A DNA stretch of 64,000 nucleotides, taken from NCBI GenBank assembly GCA_937915835.1, contig CALGHA010000151.1, forward strand, positions 18,962 through 82,961. Direction: 5' to 3'. Positions within the stretch are counted from its first letter, which is position 1. The number at the start of each line of letters is the position of its first letter. The notes below the pieces were generated by a model. The model worked only from the letters and a program-made list of their open reading frames with translations. It had not been told where the DNA came from and did not search any database. The position numbers and the translations under genes were made by a program. This document shows, piece by piece, positions 35,447 to 45,568 of the stretch. The DNA is from an uncultured Fretibacterium sp. Its GTDB lineage: Bacteria; Synergistota; Synergistia; Synergistales; Aminobacteriaceae.

Positions 35447-37716
35447 TATTCGTCGCTATTATCACTTTCAGCCTTATACTTGCACTTTGCACAAAATATC
35501 GTCGAACCTCGCCTGAATAAATCTTCTCCGCATTCCGGACATTTTTCGCCGGCCGGTTTGTTCCACGCTACATAATCACACTCAGGATAACGCGAACAAC
35601 CGTAAAAACTCCGTCCCTTCTTGCTCTTACGCTTGACAATATCGCCATCTCCGCATTTCGGACATTTAACGCCGATTTTGCTCAAGATTGGCCGAGTATA
35701 TTTGCATTCTGGATAATTCGAGCAAGCTATGAACTCGCCGAAACGTCCGCGCTTCTTCACTAAGTCATGACCACAGTTCGGGCATTCCTCGCCGATTGGT
35801 TCAGGGCCGGGCAATTCAACTCTTGGGGCTTCGTCAGCTTCATCAAGAGTGCTCGAGAACTCATCCCAAAATTCACTGACAACCTCAAGCCATTTTCGTT
35901 TAGCCTCTTCAACTTCATCAAGCTCTTTTTCCATTTGAGCCGTAAATCCTGCGTCGACGATTGATGACAAATCCTTACGGTTGAAATATTGCGCGAGAAA
36001 ATCATCAACGATCATTCCCAGTGAAGTCGGGCAAAATCTTTTTTCCTCGTTCTTCTCGATGTAATCACGTGACTCAAGAGTTCCCGCAATCGTCGCATAA
36101 GTTGATGGTCTGCCTACTCCGTTTTCTTCGAGAGTTTTTATCAATCCGGCTTCAGAATATCTTGCAGGCGGCTTCGTAGCTTTTTTCTCGCTTTGAACGT
36201 CAACAAGTCCTAACTTTTCGCCCGCTTCAATCTTCGCTAATTCATTCCCCTTCAAGTCAAGCGGCCATAACTTGCTCCAACCGTCGAAAATTAAAGTCTC
36301 GCCCTCCTGTTTCAGGCTAACTCGTCCGGCTTCAGCTTTAAGCGTTGACTTTGAGCTTACTGCGGGGGTCATCTGGCTTGCTGTAAATCTTCTCCAGATT
36401 AACGAGTAAACTTTGTGCTGTTCGGGCGTAAGAATGTCTTTCATGACATCAGGCGTTAAAGTTATGTCGGTCGGTCTAATTGCCTCGTGAGCGTCCTGAA
36501 CTTTCGCTTTGCTCTGTGCTCCGAATATATTCGCTTTTGACGGCAGATATTCTTTCGGATAAGTTGACTTGATGAAATCCCGGCATGATGTCAATGCTTC
36601 ATCCGAAATTCTCAAGCTGTCAGTCCTCATGTACGTAATCAACCCGACATGTCCGCGTCCTGGAAGACTTATTCCCTCGTAAAGAGCTTGAGCAACCCTC
36701 ATCGTGTGAGCCGGAACCATGCTTAATTTTCGTGAGGCTTCCTGCTGTAACGTGCTCGTCCTGAACGGAGCAGGAGCTGAATGTGAACTCGGCTTCTCCT
36801 TGAACTCCTTCACAATAATCTCATTAGCTTTAATCTCAGCAATAATCTCTTGAGCTTTCTCCCTCGTGTTAATGAGCAAGGGCAAATTATTCTTCATTAA
36901 AGTTTTTCCGTCGAGCTTATACGCGCGCAACTCATAATGACGGCCCTCACTCTCAGCAATCGCAGTAATCACATAATAAGGATCCGGCTTAAACGCTAAA
37001 ATTTCCCTCTCACGTTCACAGATTAAGTTCAACGCTACAGATTGAACGCGTCCGGCAGAAAGTCCATAACGAATTTTCTTCCAGAGTAACGGGCTCAAAG
37101 TGTAACCTACAAGCCTGTCAAGTATTCTTCGTGCCTGTTGAGCGTCAACCTTATTCATGTCGATATAATCCGGATTACTCACAGCGGCTTTTACAGCATT
37201 TTCCGTAATCTCGTAAAATCGAACGCGGCATTTCTCAGACAAATTTACTCCGAGAATGTCGGCCAAGTGCCACGCAATTGCTTCACCCTCACGGTCAGGG
37301 TCAGACGCTAATAAAACGTGTGAAGATTTTTCAGCGAGTTTCAAGAGTTCGTTTTTCAGCGCGGCTTTACCCTTAACGAGAATATATTCCGGCGTAAAAT
37401 CATGCTCAATGTCAATTGCAAGCCGGCTCTTCGGTAAATCCTTCATGTGGCCTTTGCTGGATTTAACAACGTAATTTTTCCCCAGCATGTTAGACAACGT
37501 TGCGGCTTTTGAAGGCGACTCGACGATGACTAGGATTTTTCCGCTTGATGACGCTGTAGGCTTCTTTTGTGCTGTAGATTTCTTGGCGGGTGCTTTAGTC
37601 TTTGATGCTGATGATTTCTTCGTAGCTGTTGCAGTTTTCGATGTCTTAGTTTTCTTTACGCTCTGCGTTTCGTCCTTCGCAGATTTTTTTGATGGCGAAA
37701 TTTCAATTACCCCCAT
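35446..37716 (-). CDS. topA: DNA topoisomerase I with a ~58-aa Lys/Ser/Thr/Ala-rich N-terminal extension
   Basis: 756-aa ORF. TOPRIM LVIVESPSKA is followed by DPDREGE. The active-site region has ITYMRTDS, and C-terminal zinc ribbons are present (CPNCGHDL..C, CPKCGDG..C, CPECGEDL..CAKC). No in-frame ATG, GTG or TTG lies between the first ATG and the TOPRIM motif. Confidence 0.92.
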   Translation of the reverse strand: MGVIEISPSKKSAKDETQSVKKTKTSKTATATKKSSASKTKAPAKKSTAQKKPTASSSGKILVIVESPSKAATLSNMLGKNYVVKSSKGHMKDLPKSRLAIDIEHDFTPEYILVKGKAALKNELLKLAEKSSHVLLASDPDREGEAIAWHLADILGVNLSEKCRVRFYEITENAVKAAVSNPDYIDMNKVDAQQARRILDRLVGYTLSPLLWKKIRYGLSAGRVQSVALNLICEREREILAFKPDPYYVITAIAESEGRHYELRAYKLDGKTLMKNNLPLLINTREKAQEIIAEIKANEIIVKEFKEKPSSHSAPAPFRTSTLQQEASRKLSMVPAHTMRVAQALYEGISLPGRGHVGLITYMRTDSLRISDEALTSCRDFIKSTYPKEYLPSKANIFGAQSKAKVQDAHEAIRPTDITLTPDVMKDILTPEQHKVYSLIWRRFTASQMTPAVSSKSTLKAEAGRVSLKQEGETLIFDGWSKLWPLDLKGNELAKIEAGEKLGLVDVQSEKKATKPPARYSEAGLIKTLEENGVGRPSTYATIAGTLESRDYIEKNEEKRFCPTSLGMIVDDFLAQYFNRKDLSSIVDAGFTAQMEKELDEVEEAKRKWLEVVSEFWDEFSSTLDEADEAPRVELPGPEPIGEECPNCGHDLVKKRGRFGEFIACSNYPECKYTRPILSKIGVKCPKCGDGDIVKRKSKKGRSFYGCSRYPECDYVAWNKPAGEKCPECGEDLFRRGSTIFCAKCKYKAESDNSDE

Positions 37717-37761
37717 AATATTAAAATAGCTGATTTCAGATAAGTTTTTAGGTGAACATGT

Positions 37762-39519
37762 TTATTTTTTACACTTCAAGCCGCACCCAGCACAGCCGGT
37801 TCTGCAGTCAAACGTAAGTTTTTGATTATATGCGTTATGTCTCTCACGAAGCAGAAAGTTTTTGTCAACTCCAACGTTAATAAAATCCCATGATAATTTT
37901 TCGGCTTCCCCTCGTTCTCGCGTAAACTCCTCAGGATTAAGCCCGCATTGTTCAAACGCGTCAAGCCAGCGTTGCAAATTAAAATATTCCGTCCAGCTGT
38001 CAAATCTTGCTCCAGTCTCCCAAGCTCGCAAAATCACTTCACACGTTCTTTTGTCGCCTCGTGATAATAGGCCTTCAAGAAAAGTTTGTTCGGGTTCATG
38101 ATACGCGATTGATAAAGCTCTGTCGTGAACTTGAGACTTTATTCGTCGGCCTTTATCTTTCAACTCCTCAATAGAATTTTGCCGTTCCCACTGAAACGGA
38201 GTATGAGCTTTAGGGACAAATCCTGAGACACTTACACTTACGCTTGCACGTTTACGACCAATTGCTCGGCCGAGCTTCAAGACTTGATATGACAAACTTG
38301 CGATTGCGTCTAAATCTTGTTCAGTTTCAGTCGGAAGTCCCATCATGAAATATAATTTTACGTGTTCCCAGCCGCGCGAGAAAATTTCACGAACACACTT
38401 AATTATCATTTCTTCGTTGATGCCTTTATTAATAACATCGCGTAATCTTTGAGTTCCAGCCTCCGGAGCAAAAGTTATTCCGCCATGTTTTGAGCGTAAT
38501 CCTTCAAGTTTCTCGGCCAATCCCACAGAAAAACCGTCCATCCTCAAACTTGGCAGACTCAATTTCACGTGTCTATCGTTCAGAGTTTCAGCGAGTTCAT
38601 CAATTAGTCTCTCAATTCCCGAATAATCACACGACGCAAGAGACATTAAGCCCGCTTCTTCCCAACCTGTTGAGTTGATAATGTCCATGATTGACTGTGA
38701 AGCTTCCTCAACGCTTCGTTCTCGAACAGGACGATTTACCATTCCTGCCTGGCAAAATCGACAGCCTCGTCCGCAGCCCCTGAAAAGCTCAACAGCCGCC
38801 CGGTCATGAACTATGTTAATGCTGGGAATTATCATTGAGTGTAAAGTGTGAAAGTTTCTCGTGATTTGCCGCGTAACAATCTCGCCTTCATTATGACACA
38901 ACGGCACGTAAAATCCCGGCAACTTCGCAATCTCACGTAATAATTCCTCGCGATTATTCCCATTCTCAAGCACAGGTAATAACTCAGGCAGTAACGCTTC
39001 AGCTTCTCCGACGCAGAACACATCAATAAATTCACTCATGACTTCGGGTGTGTAAGCTCCGTAACCTCCAGCGATTACCAACGGGGAATTTTCATCACGT
39101 TCAGAATTTCTTAATCTCAGTCCGGATAAATCAAGTATCGTTAAAATGTTCGTGTAGCTCGTCTCGTGTGGAAGCGTGAACGCGAGAACGTCAAAATCTT
39201 TCACGGGCCTTCTGTGTTCAACCGAGATTAACGGCATATTTTCCCTGCGCATTAATTCTTCCATGTCAGGCCATACGCAATAAACTCTGTCAGCAAGATA
39301 AAATTTACTCTGTTCGTGAATAAAACTCTCGATAATCTGAAAGCCGTAATAACTCATCCCAGTTTCATAAACATCCGGAAAAGCTAAGCATATTCGTAAT
39401 TTTGCCTCGTCCCAAGAAATTTTTTCACCAGGCCGCCACTCACTCCCGCAATATCTAGAAGGACGAGAGACTTGCGACATTAACCGCCATTCAGGACGCG
39501 AAAATTCTTCAAATTCCAT
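37762..39519 (-). CDS. Radical SAM protein, TIGR03960-like (B12-binding-like N-domain plus radical SAM core)
   Basis: CGRGCRFCQAG is a CxxxCxxC cluster motif. The N-terminal ..VSRPSRYCGSEW.. is typical of this family. The track start is TTG 39564, inside rodA. ATG 39519 (MEFEEFSRPEW) gives a typical N-terminal length. Confidence 0.75.
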   Translation of the reverse strand: MEFEEFSRPEWRLMSQVSRPSRYCGSEWRPGEKISWDEAKLRICLAFPDVYETGMSYYGFQIIESFIHEQSKFYLADRVYCVWPDMEELMRRENMPLISVEHRRPVKDFDVLAFTLPHETSYTNILTILDLSGLRLRNSERDENSPLVIAGGYGAYTPEVMSEFIDVFCVGEAEALLPELLPVLENGNNREELLREIAKLPGFYVPLCHNEGEIVTRQITRNFHTLHSMIIPSINIVHDRAAVELFRGCGRGCRFCQAGMVNRPVRERSVEEASQSIMDIINSTGWEEAGLMSLASCDYSGIERLIDELAETLNDRHVKLSLPSLRMDGFSVGLAEKLEGLRSKHGGITFAPEAGTQRLRDVINKGINEEMIIKCVREIFSRGWEHVKLYFMMGLPTETEQDLDAIASLSYQVLKLGRAIGRKRASVSVSVSGFVPKAHTPFQWERQNSIEELKDKGRRIKSQVHDRALSIAYHEPEQTFLEGLLSRGDKRTCEVILRAWETGARFDSWTEYFNLQRWLDAFEQCGLNPEEFTRERGEAEKLSWDFINVGVDKNFLLRERHNAYNQKLTFDCRTGCAGCGLKCKK

Positions 39520-40627
39520 GCTTCGAACTCGTCCCCTCAATGTAAATGCTCGCGACAAGCCCAAGTGCTATGAATATCGCTAGCAATGAACTTCCTCCGT
39601 AACTCAAGAAAGGCAGCGGTAATCCTGTAACCGGAACAATCCCTATGCTCATTCCCATGCTCTCGAACATCTGAAACCAGAGCCATGAAGCTACACCGGC
39701 CGTGAGAATTTTACTGCGTCTGTCCCGGCTGTTAATTCCCGTCATGATTATTCTGAATAGCAAAAGTGAAAACAGGAAAATTAATATCATGTTGCCCAAA
39801 AATCCGAACTCCTCAGAAAATACGCTGAAGATAAAATCCGTATGAGGCTCAGGAAGAAATTTCAACTTGCTCTGTGTTCCAAGCATGAAGCCTTTTCCCG
39901 CAAATCCTCCTGAACCTACAGCAATTCGCGATTGAATGACGTTATAGCCCGCGCCTAATGGGTCTCGCATTGGGTCTAGAAATACTAATATTCGCTTCTT
40001 CTGATAATCTTTCAGGACAAACATAATCAATAATGGAATTGCTGAAGCTCCAAGTCCGATAATGCTTAGTAAATATTTCAATGGAGTTCCGGCGGCTAAA
40101 AGCATTCCGAACGAGATTACGAGAAAAACTAACGCACTTCCGGCATCAGGCTGAAGTAAAACGAGAAAAACAGGCAGTGAAATTACTCCCAAGCCCATCA
40201 TGAAAGTCTTGAAGTCCAACGGAGGATAACGACTCAGAAATTTTGACATCATCAGGATTATCGCAACTTTAGCAAACTCCGAAGGCTGAAATCTTAAGCC
40301 CCCGATACCTATCCAGCTTTGAGCACCATTAACTTTTGGAGCAAATATAGCCGTCAACAACAGGAATAATAAAGTCAAGCCGAATAACGGATAAGCCCCT
40401 TCGAGTAATTTATTATGTCCGATAATCATGATTAATAACATAGCAAGAATGCTCACGATTAACCAGAGAGATTGACGAACAGCGAAGTCAAAGCCTCGTC
40501 CTGAAGCTCCGGCGGCAGCACTGTAAATGCAAAAAACTCCCCAAACTGAGAGAAGAATTGCCGCTAAGAACATAATTCTGTCAGTCAGGGAAAAATCTTC
40601 TTTGAGAGATGTCCAGAGATTACGCAA
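39509..40627 (-). CDS. rodA: Rod shape-determining protein RodA (SEDS family peptidoglycan polymerase)
   Basis: 372-aa polytopic FtsW/RodA/SpoVE ORF (..QPSEFAK.., ..LPEPHTDFIFS.., ..PVTG.PLPF.SYGGSS). It sits in the mre-mrd-min cluster. Confidence 0.88.
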   Translation of the reverse strand: MRNLWTSLKEDFSLTDRIMFLAAILLSVWGVFCIYSAAAGASGRGFDFAVRQSLWLIVSILAMLLIMIIGHNKLLEGAYPLFGLTLLFLLLTAIFAPKVNGAQSWIGIGGLRFQPSEFAKVAIILMMSKFLSRYPPLDFKTFMMGLGVISLPVFLVLLQPDAGSALVFLVISFGMLLAAGTPLKYLLSIIGLGASAIPLLIMFVLKDYQKKRILVFLDPMRDPLGAGYNVIQSRIAVGSGGFAGKGFMLGTQSKLKFLPEPHTDFIFSVFSEEFGFLGNMILIFLFSLLLFRIIMTGINSRDRRSKILTAGVASWLWFQMFESMGMSIGIVPVTGLPLPFLSYGGSSLLAIFIALGLVASIYIEGTSSKHGI

Positions 40628-40630
40628 GGC

Positions 40631-40906
40631 TCAATTTACGTCAACTTTTCCGCGCTTAATCTTGATTACTGGAATATTCGCAACTAAAGCTACCATTTTA
40701 TCGTCATGGTCAAGGTCAATCTCGATTTTGTTTATGTCTATATCCATGTATTTTGTCAGCACTGTGATAATCTCGTCGCGCAAATTATCAAGAAGCTGAG
40801 GGGACATTTCCGTTCTGTCGTATGCTACCACAAGTTTCAAACGGTCTTTGGCAATTTTACCTGAACCGTCCTTACCTCCTCCGAATAGATTTTTCAAGAA
40901 GTCCAC
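40631..40906 (-). CDS. minE: Cell division topological specificity factor MinE
   Basis: 91-aa ORF immediately downstream of minD. The N-terminal MDFLKNLFGG membrane-targeting-like sequence and AKDRLKLVVAYDR are typical of MinE. Confidence 0.88.
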   Translation of the reverse strand: MDFLKNLFGGGKDGSGKIAKDRLKLVVAYDRTEMSPQLLDNLRDEIITVLTKYMDIDINKIEIDLDHDDKMVALVANIPVIKIKRGKVDVN

Positions 40907-40928
40907 TTTTCACACGCCCCTTCCTTAC

Positions 40929-41738
40929 TTACTTCTTTTTGCCCGTGAAAAACTTCTTGAGCTTGCTGAAAAATCCCCTTGTCGCGTAACTCTCTAAGTC
41001 CATCAACGGAACATCCCTGCCCAATAACCTCTCGGCTATGTTCAAATATGCATGGGCCGCAGGACTGTCAAGCGTCATAGTCATTGGCTCACCGTTATTC
41101 GTTGACCTTATTACACTTTCATCTTCAGGGACAACGCCGATTAAGTCAATCGAAAGCACATCAAGAATATCATCTTTTGCGAGCATATCTCCGTCCTGAA
41201 CCATGTTAGGCCTTAACCTGTTAATAATTAATCTTATCGGAGATTTTCCCATTGACTCAAGCATTCCGATAATTCTGTCAGCGTCTCTAACAGCAGGAAT
41301 TTCCGGAGTTGTTACGACGAGTGCCTCATCAGCTCCGGCCGCAGCATTCTTGAAGCCTCCTTCAATTCCAGCAGGACAATCAAGCAGGACAAAATCAAAC
41401 TCAGGCTTTAACTCCTCAACAAGCCCTATCATCTGTTCGGGATTAACGGCATCTTTCGTCCGAGTTTGAGCGGCAGGAAGAAGATACAGGCCCGGAACTC
41501 TTTTATCCTTCACGAGAGCTTGAGCCATTTTGCAAGTTTTTTCGATTACGTCAATAAAATTATAAACAACGCGATTTTCCAGGCCCATAATCACATCGAG
41601 ATTACGAAGCCCAACATCAGCGTCAACAGCCACGACTTTTTTACCAAATTTAGCCAGAGCGGCGGCAATATTCGCGGTTGATGTAGTTTTGCCGACCCCT
41701 CCTTTGCCTGAAGTCGTTACGATTACACGTGCTGCCAT
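40929..41738 (-). CDS. minD: Septum site-determining protein MinD
   Basis: 269-aa ORF with the deviant Walker A SGKGGVGKTT, the ParA/MinD fold and a C-terminal amphipathic helix FFSKLKKFF. Confidence 0.95.
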   Translation of the reverse strand: MAARVIVTTSGKGGVGKTTSTANIAAALAKFGKKVVAVDADVGLRNLDVIMGLENRVVYNFIDVIEKTCKMAQALVKDKRVPGLYLLPAAQTRTKDAVNPEQMIGLVEELKPEFDFVLLDCPAGIEGGFKNAAAGADEALVVTTPEIPAVRDADRIIGMLESMGKSPIRLIINRLRPNMVQDGDMLAKDDILDVLSIDLIGVVPEDESVIRSTNNGEPMTMTLDSPAAHAYLNIAERLLGRDVPLMDLESYATRGFFSKLKKFFTGKKK

Positions 41739-42488
41739 TTACGAATTAGACCCTCCTGTTCTATTCAAGAAAAATTTATTTTCACGGATTACCGGCATAT
41801 TATTTTCGAGCGTGATCAAGACACTTTTACGCCAGCAAGCTGTAGAGTTTTCATCAGCGTAACATAATTTATTCCCAATTCTGACCTGAGGAGTTTCGAA
41901 ACATCCTGCCCAGACGAAAACGTCATCTCGTCCGTGAGCTCCGGCATGAACTACACCGATTAATTTCCCAGCAATGATTATGCTTCCTCCTGCCAAGATT
42001 TCGGCACCTGGATTTAGATGTCCCCAAATCAGAATGTCGCCTTCTGTTTCAATTCGCTGACCTGAACGAAGAGAATTATATACGATTTTGAGGGCTGAAT
42101 TTTTTTCCCTTTCTTTTTGAGCTTCAAGAATTTGTGAAATCACTTCAGCATCAGGCTCAACGGAGATTAATCCTGCCGCCCGAAATAGTTTCAAGCTGTC
42201 ATCGTTAGTGCTCAGCCAAGCGAGAATTTTTATGCCCTTTTCCCAAACGATACTGTTAAGCATGTGAAGAATAAGCCGCCTTGAACATGCACGTCCGGCG
42301 AAGTCTAAAACTATTCCCTGTTCGTCAGGAAGTTTATAATTTCCCGTCGGAATGCGAACGAATGACTTTAACAATTCGTCCTCCGTCAGGCTCTCAGGAA
42401 TAATAAACTTTATCCCGTAACTTGTTCTTTCGGGCTTAATCTGAGAATTTGGCTTGTGAATTTTCCTTAGTAAATTTGATATCTTCAT
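41739..42488 (-). CDS. minC: Septum formation inhibitor MinC
   Basis: 249-aa ORF abutting minD. The C-terminal beta-helix segment GDILIWGHLNPGAEILAGGSIIIAGKLIGVVHAG is typical of MinC. Confidence 0.85.
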   Translation of the reverse strand: MKISNLLRKIHKPNSQIKPERTSYGIKFIIPESLTEDELLKSFVRIPTGNYKLPDEQGIVLDFAGRACSRRLILHMLNSIVWEKGIKILAWLSTNDDSLKLFRAAGLISVEPDAEVISQILEAQKEREKNSALKIVYNSLRSGQRIETEGDILIWGHLNPGAEILAGGSIIIAGKLIGVVHAGAHGRDDVFVWAGCFETPQVRIGNKLCYADENSTACWRKSVLITLENNMPVIRENKFFLNRTGGSNS

Positions 42489-42603
42489 TCTTTAAATCAT
42501 TCTTTAAACTTTTATGTCGAAAAATTTTTATGTGCGTAATTTTTATGTGAAACTTGATTTTTTGCAAGTGTTAATTTTTCCCAACGTTCTACAAAAAAAT
42601 TTG

Positions 42604-44322
42604 CTAATCTTCATGAGACAATAAATGAGCGAGTAACTGAGCAACCAAAGGAGCCGCAACGCTTGAACCGTGTCTTCCAGCTTCGACGACAGCAACAGCC
42701 ACGTACTTGGGATTTCCGACAGGAGCATAGCCGGCGAATAAAGCATGATCTGCGCCGTGAGAGTTCTGAGCTGTTCCGGTTTTGCCAGCAATGGGAATTC
42801 CGAAGCGTCCTGCTCTTGAGCCTGTTCCTCGTGATACGACGTACTCAAGACCTTTTTGAACGATCGCGAGCTTGGCAGGAGTTACGCCGATATTCTCAGG
42901 AGTTTTGTAACCTTTTTTATTGAGATGTGGCGTTACCATTTTTCCGCCGTTAGCTATAGCCGCATAAACTCGTGCAATCTGTATCGGTGTCATTAACATA
43001 TAGCCTTGTCCGATTGAGTAATTTATCGTGTCGCCGTTGAGCCATTGAGTTTTGAAGCGTCTCATTTTCCAGTCAGGCCCGGCAATATTTCCTCCGCTCT
43101 CACCAGGCAAATCAATTCCCGTAGGTTCGCCCAAGTGAAATTTTCTGCCCCATTTGATTAATTTATCAATTCCAGATTTCAAGCCGGCAAGATAGAAAAA
43201 TACATCACATGAATGCTGCAACGCTCCCGTCACGTTTAAGCCGCCGTGTCCTGAGTGTTTCCAGCATTTGAAAGTGTGTGAGCCGAAACGTAATCCCCCT
43301 CGACATGAAAACATCGTACGTTCGTTAATCACGTTCTCTTCAAGACACGCAATTGACATGAAGGCCTTGAACGTTGAAGCAGGAGGATAAACTCCAGCAA
43401 TTGCCCTGTCAAGCATGGGACGATCCGGATTATTCACAATTGCGTTCCATTCACGAGCAGAAACTCCCCACGTCAAAGGATTATTATCATAAACGGGACT
43501 TGAAGCTAAAGCTAATATCTCGCCGGTGTTCACGTCCATAGCCAGCAATGCACCTTTGTAATCGCTCAACAACTCAACGGCCAATTTCTGAGCCGCCATA
43601 TCAAGCGTCAAATGCAAGTCCTCACCTTTAACAGCAGGATTAGCGTCAAGAGTTCTGATTTTTCGGCCTCGTGCGTCAACTTCAAGAGCTTCCTGACCAG
43701 GTGAACCTCGCAAAATTTCCTCGTATGAACGTTCAACGCCGGATTTCCCGATTAAGTCGCCTCCGGTGTAGCCTTGTTCCGAACGAGCTTTTAACTCCGT
43801 CTCTGATATCTCGCTGACATAACCTAAAATATTTGCCGCAATCGTCCCAGCCGGATAAGTCCTTCGCCAGACGCTTAACGGGAAAAGTTCACGAGGAAAT
43901 TCATAATCAGCAACGAGTTCAACCATTTGTGTCATCGTCAAGTTCTGCACGATTTTCATTACACGATACGGAGCTAATCTCTGCTGCTTTATCGTCTTCT
44001 CTAAGTCCGGAACTGTTATCGGGATACCATGACGCATTAAAATTTTGCTTAAGTTTTCGAGCTTGGCCGGAGTGTTCAAATCTAACGGATAACCCATAAT
44101 GCTGAACGTCGTATCATTGACAGCAAGAGGCACCCCATGACGGTCAAAAATTTCGCCTCTCGGTGCAGGAAATCGTATCATCCTTAATCTATTTGAATGC
44201 GCTAGACGAATATATTTATCACCTTGATTAATCTGAAAGAAGTATAAGCCGGAGATTAAGATTAACACTGAAAGAGTTATGCCGTAAAAGAAAAATTTCA
44301 ATCGTGAGTCCAAAATTTCCAT
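42604..44322 (-). CDS. mrdA: Penicillin-binding protein 2 (elongation-specific transpeptidase)
   Basis: 572-aa ORF with an N-terminal TM, SxxK (ASTFKAF), the SxD/N box (HSCDVFFY) and KTG (AGKTGTAQ). It follows mreBCD. Confidence 0.9.
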   Translation of the reverse strand: MEILDSRLKFFFYGITLSVLILISGLYFFQINQGDKYIRLAHSNRLRMIRFPAPRGEIFDRHGVPLAVNDTTFSIMGYPLDLNTPAKLENLSKILMRHGIPITVPDLEKTIKQQRLAPYRVMKIVQNLTMTQMVELVADYEFPRELFPLSVWRRTYPAGTIAANILGYVSEISETELKARSEQGYTGGDLIGKSGVERSYEEILRGSPGQEALEVDARGRKIRTLDANPAVKGEDLHLTLDMAAQKLAVELLSDYKGALLAMDVNTGEILALASSPVYDNNPLTWGVSAREWNAIVNNPDRPMLDRAIAGVYPPASTFKAFMSIACLEENVINERTMFSCRGGLRFGSHTFKCWKHSGHGGLNVTGALQHSCDVFFYLAGLKSGIDKLIKWGRKFHLGEPTGIDLPGESGGNIAGPDWKMRRFKTQWLNGDTINYSIGQGYMLMTPIQIARVYAAIANGGKMVTPHLNKKGYKTPENIGVTPAKLAIVQKGLEYVVSRGTGSRAGRFGIPIAGKTGTAQNSHGADHALFAGYAPVGNPKYVAVAVVEAGRHGSSVAAPLVAQLLAHLLSHED

Positions 44323-44330
44323 ATAATTAT

Positions 44331-44798
44331 TTACACCTTCATATCACGAACTTTGCCGGAATATATTGCCATCGTAATGAAAATTGCAGGAAGTGAATAA
44401 ATCTGTTGATAAAGAAAATAACTCCAGCCGATATTGCCGCCCAAAATTAAAACAGGAAGCAAAGGAGGGATTAACTGTGTAATTTCCAGGAGAATAAACA
44501 CGAGCCAGCCTGTCCCGGAAACTCGGCCTTGAGGAGGAATTAATCCCCAAACCTGAATTATGACTAGGACGACAGCAACATAACCGAGCGTGAAAAATCC
44601 GGGAATTCCTACCCAGCGTAAATCCCATAATGCTCCTCCGGCAAATGCGCTCCAGATTGCCCAGAGATTGTCATCATTGCCCTCGTCAATCAATAATTTA
44701 TACGCAATCCCAAGCATGAATAATCCGGGAATTTGCATCCCGCCGCCAGTAAAAACTGTTAAGACATCCTGAATTAACCATAAAACTACTAACAACAT
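44331..44798 (-). CDS. mreD: Rod shape-determining protein MreD
   Basis: 155-aa polytopic membrane ORF directly after mreC. Confidence 0.75.
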   Translation of the reverse strand: MLLVVLWLIQDVLTVFTGGGMQIPGLFMLGIAYKLLIDEGNDDNLWAIWSAFAGGALWDLRWVGIPGFFTLGYVAVVLVIIQVWGLIPPQGRVSGTGWLVFILLEITQLIPPLLPVLILGGNIGWSYFLYQQIYSLPAIFITMAIYSGKVRDMKV

Positions 44799-45568
44799 TA
44801 ATATTTCACCGTGTAAAATCTAGACATGTCAGCACCAGGCTCAACCCTGTACATTCTATAACCGTCAGAACCGGCAGGAAACTCACCAGCAATTTTTCCA
44901 ATCGGAAGACCAGGCGGCAATTGTTCACCGACCATAGCCGTACAAACTTTCATCCCTAAGCGAACATTTCGGCCAGCAGGAATATATTTCAGCAGGACAA
45001 TTCCATTCCCCTCGCCTGTGATAACGCCTAAATCCCGAGTTTCCTCGATTACTGCAGGTATCATGAACGAACTTGACGTGATTAATTCCGCCCATGATGA
45101 CATTAATGATACTGTGCTGATACGGCCGATTAAATATCCCTCACTGAAAACCGGTAATCCCTGAGTGATTTTGTCCTGTTCACCCCGATCAATTCTAATT
45201 TCGCTCCACCATGACATTGGCGCTCTCAGAGTTACGCGTGCTGTCTTTACGTCATCGCTTGAAATCGTAAAATTCTTCTCACTCGTAACTTTTGCCAGTT
45301 CAAGACGTAAAGCGGCGTTCTCATTACGTAATTTCGCAATCTCAGTGTTGAGATAATTATTATCGTTTGAACGAGACCGCCAGCCTAAATAAATTTCACG
45401 CAGGACAACAGCAGGATATTCCGGGACGAATAAAATTGCTCCCCAGATGTCAATAATATTCTTCATTATGCCAAGTCCTGAACTTACACCGAGCAAAAAC
45501 AATCCCAAAATTAAGGCCGTAAGTCCGTGTGCCCATTCTCGTGTAGTATTGCGGGTATTATTGTCCAT
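44798..45568 (-). CDS. mreC: Rod shape-determining protein MreC
   Basis: 256-aa ORF with an N-terminal TM, a coiled coil (LRNENAALRLELAKV) and beta-barrel domains. Start and stop overlap mreB and mreD. Confidence 0.85.
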   Translation of the reverse strand: MDNNTRNTTREWAHGLTALILGLFLLGVSSGLGIMKNIIDIWGAILFVPEYPAVVLREIYLGWRSRSNDNNYLNTEIAKLRNENAALRLELAKVTSEKNFTISSDDVKTARVTLRAPMSWWSEIRIDRGEQDKITQGLPVFSEGYLIGRISTVSLMSSWAELITSSSFMIPAVIEETRDLGVITGEGNGIVLLKYIPAGRNVRLGMKVCTAMVGEQLPPGLPIGKIAGEFPAGSDGYRMYRVEPGADMSRFYTVKY

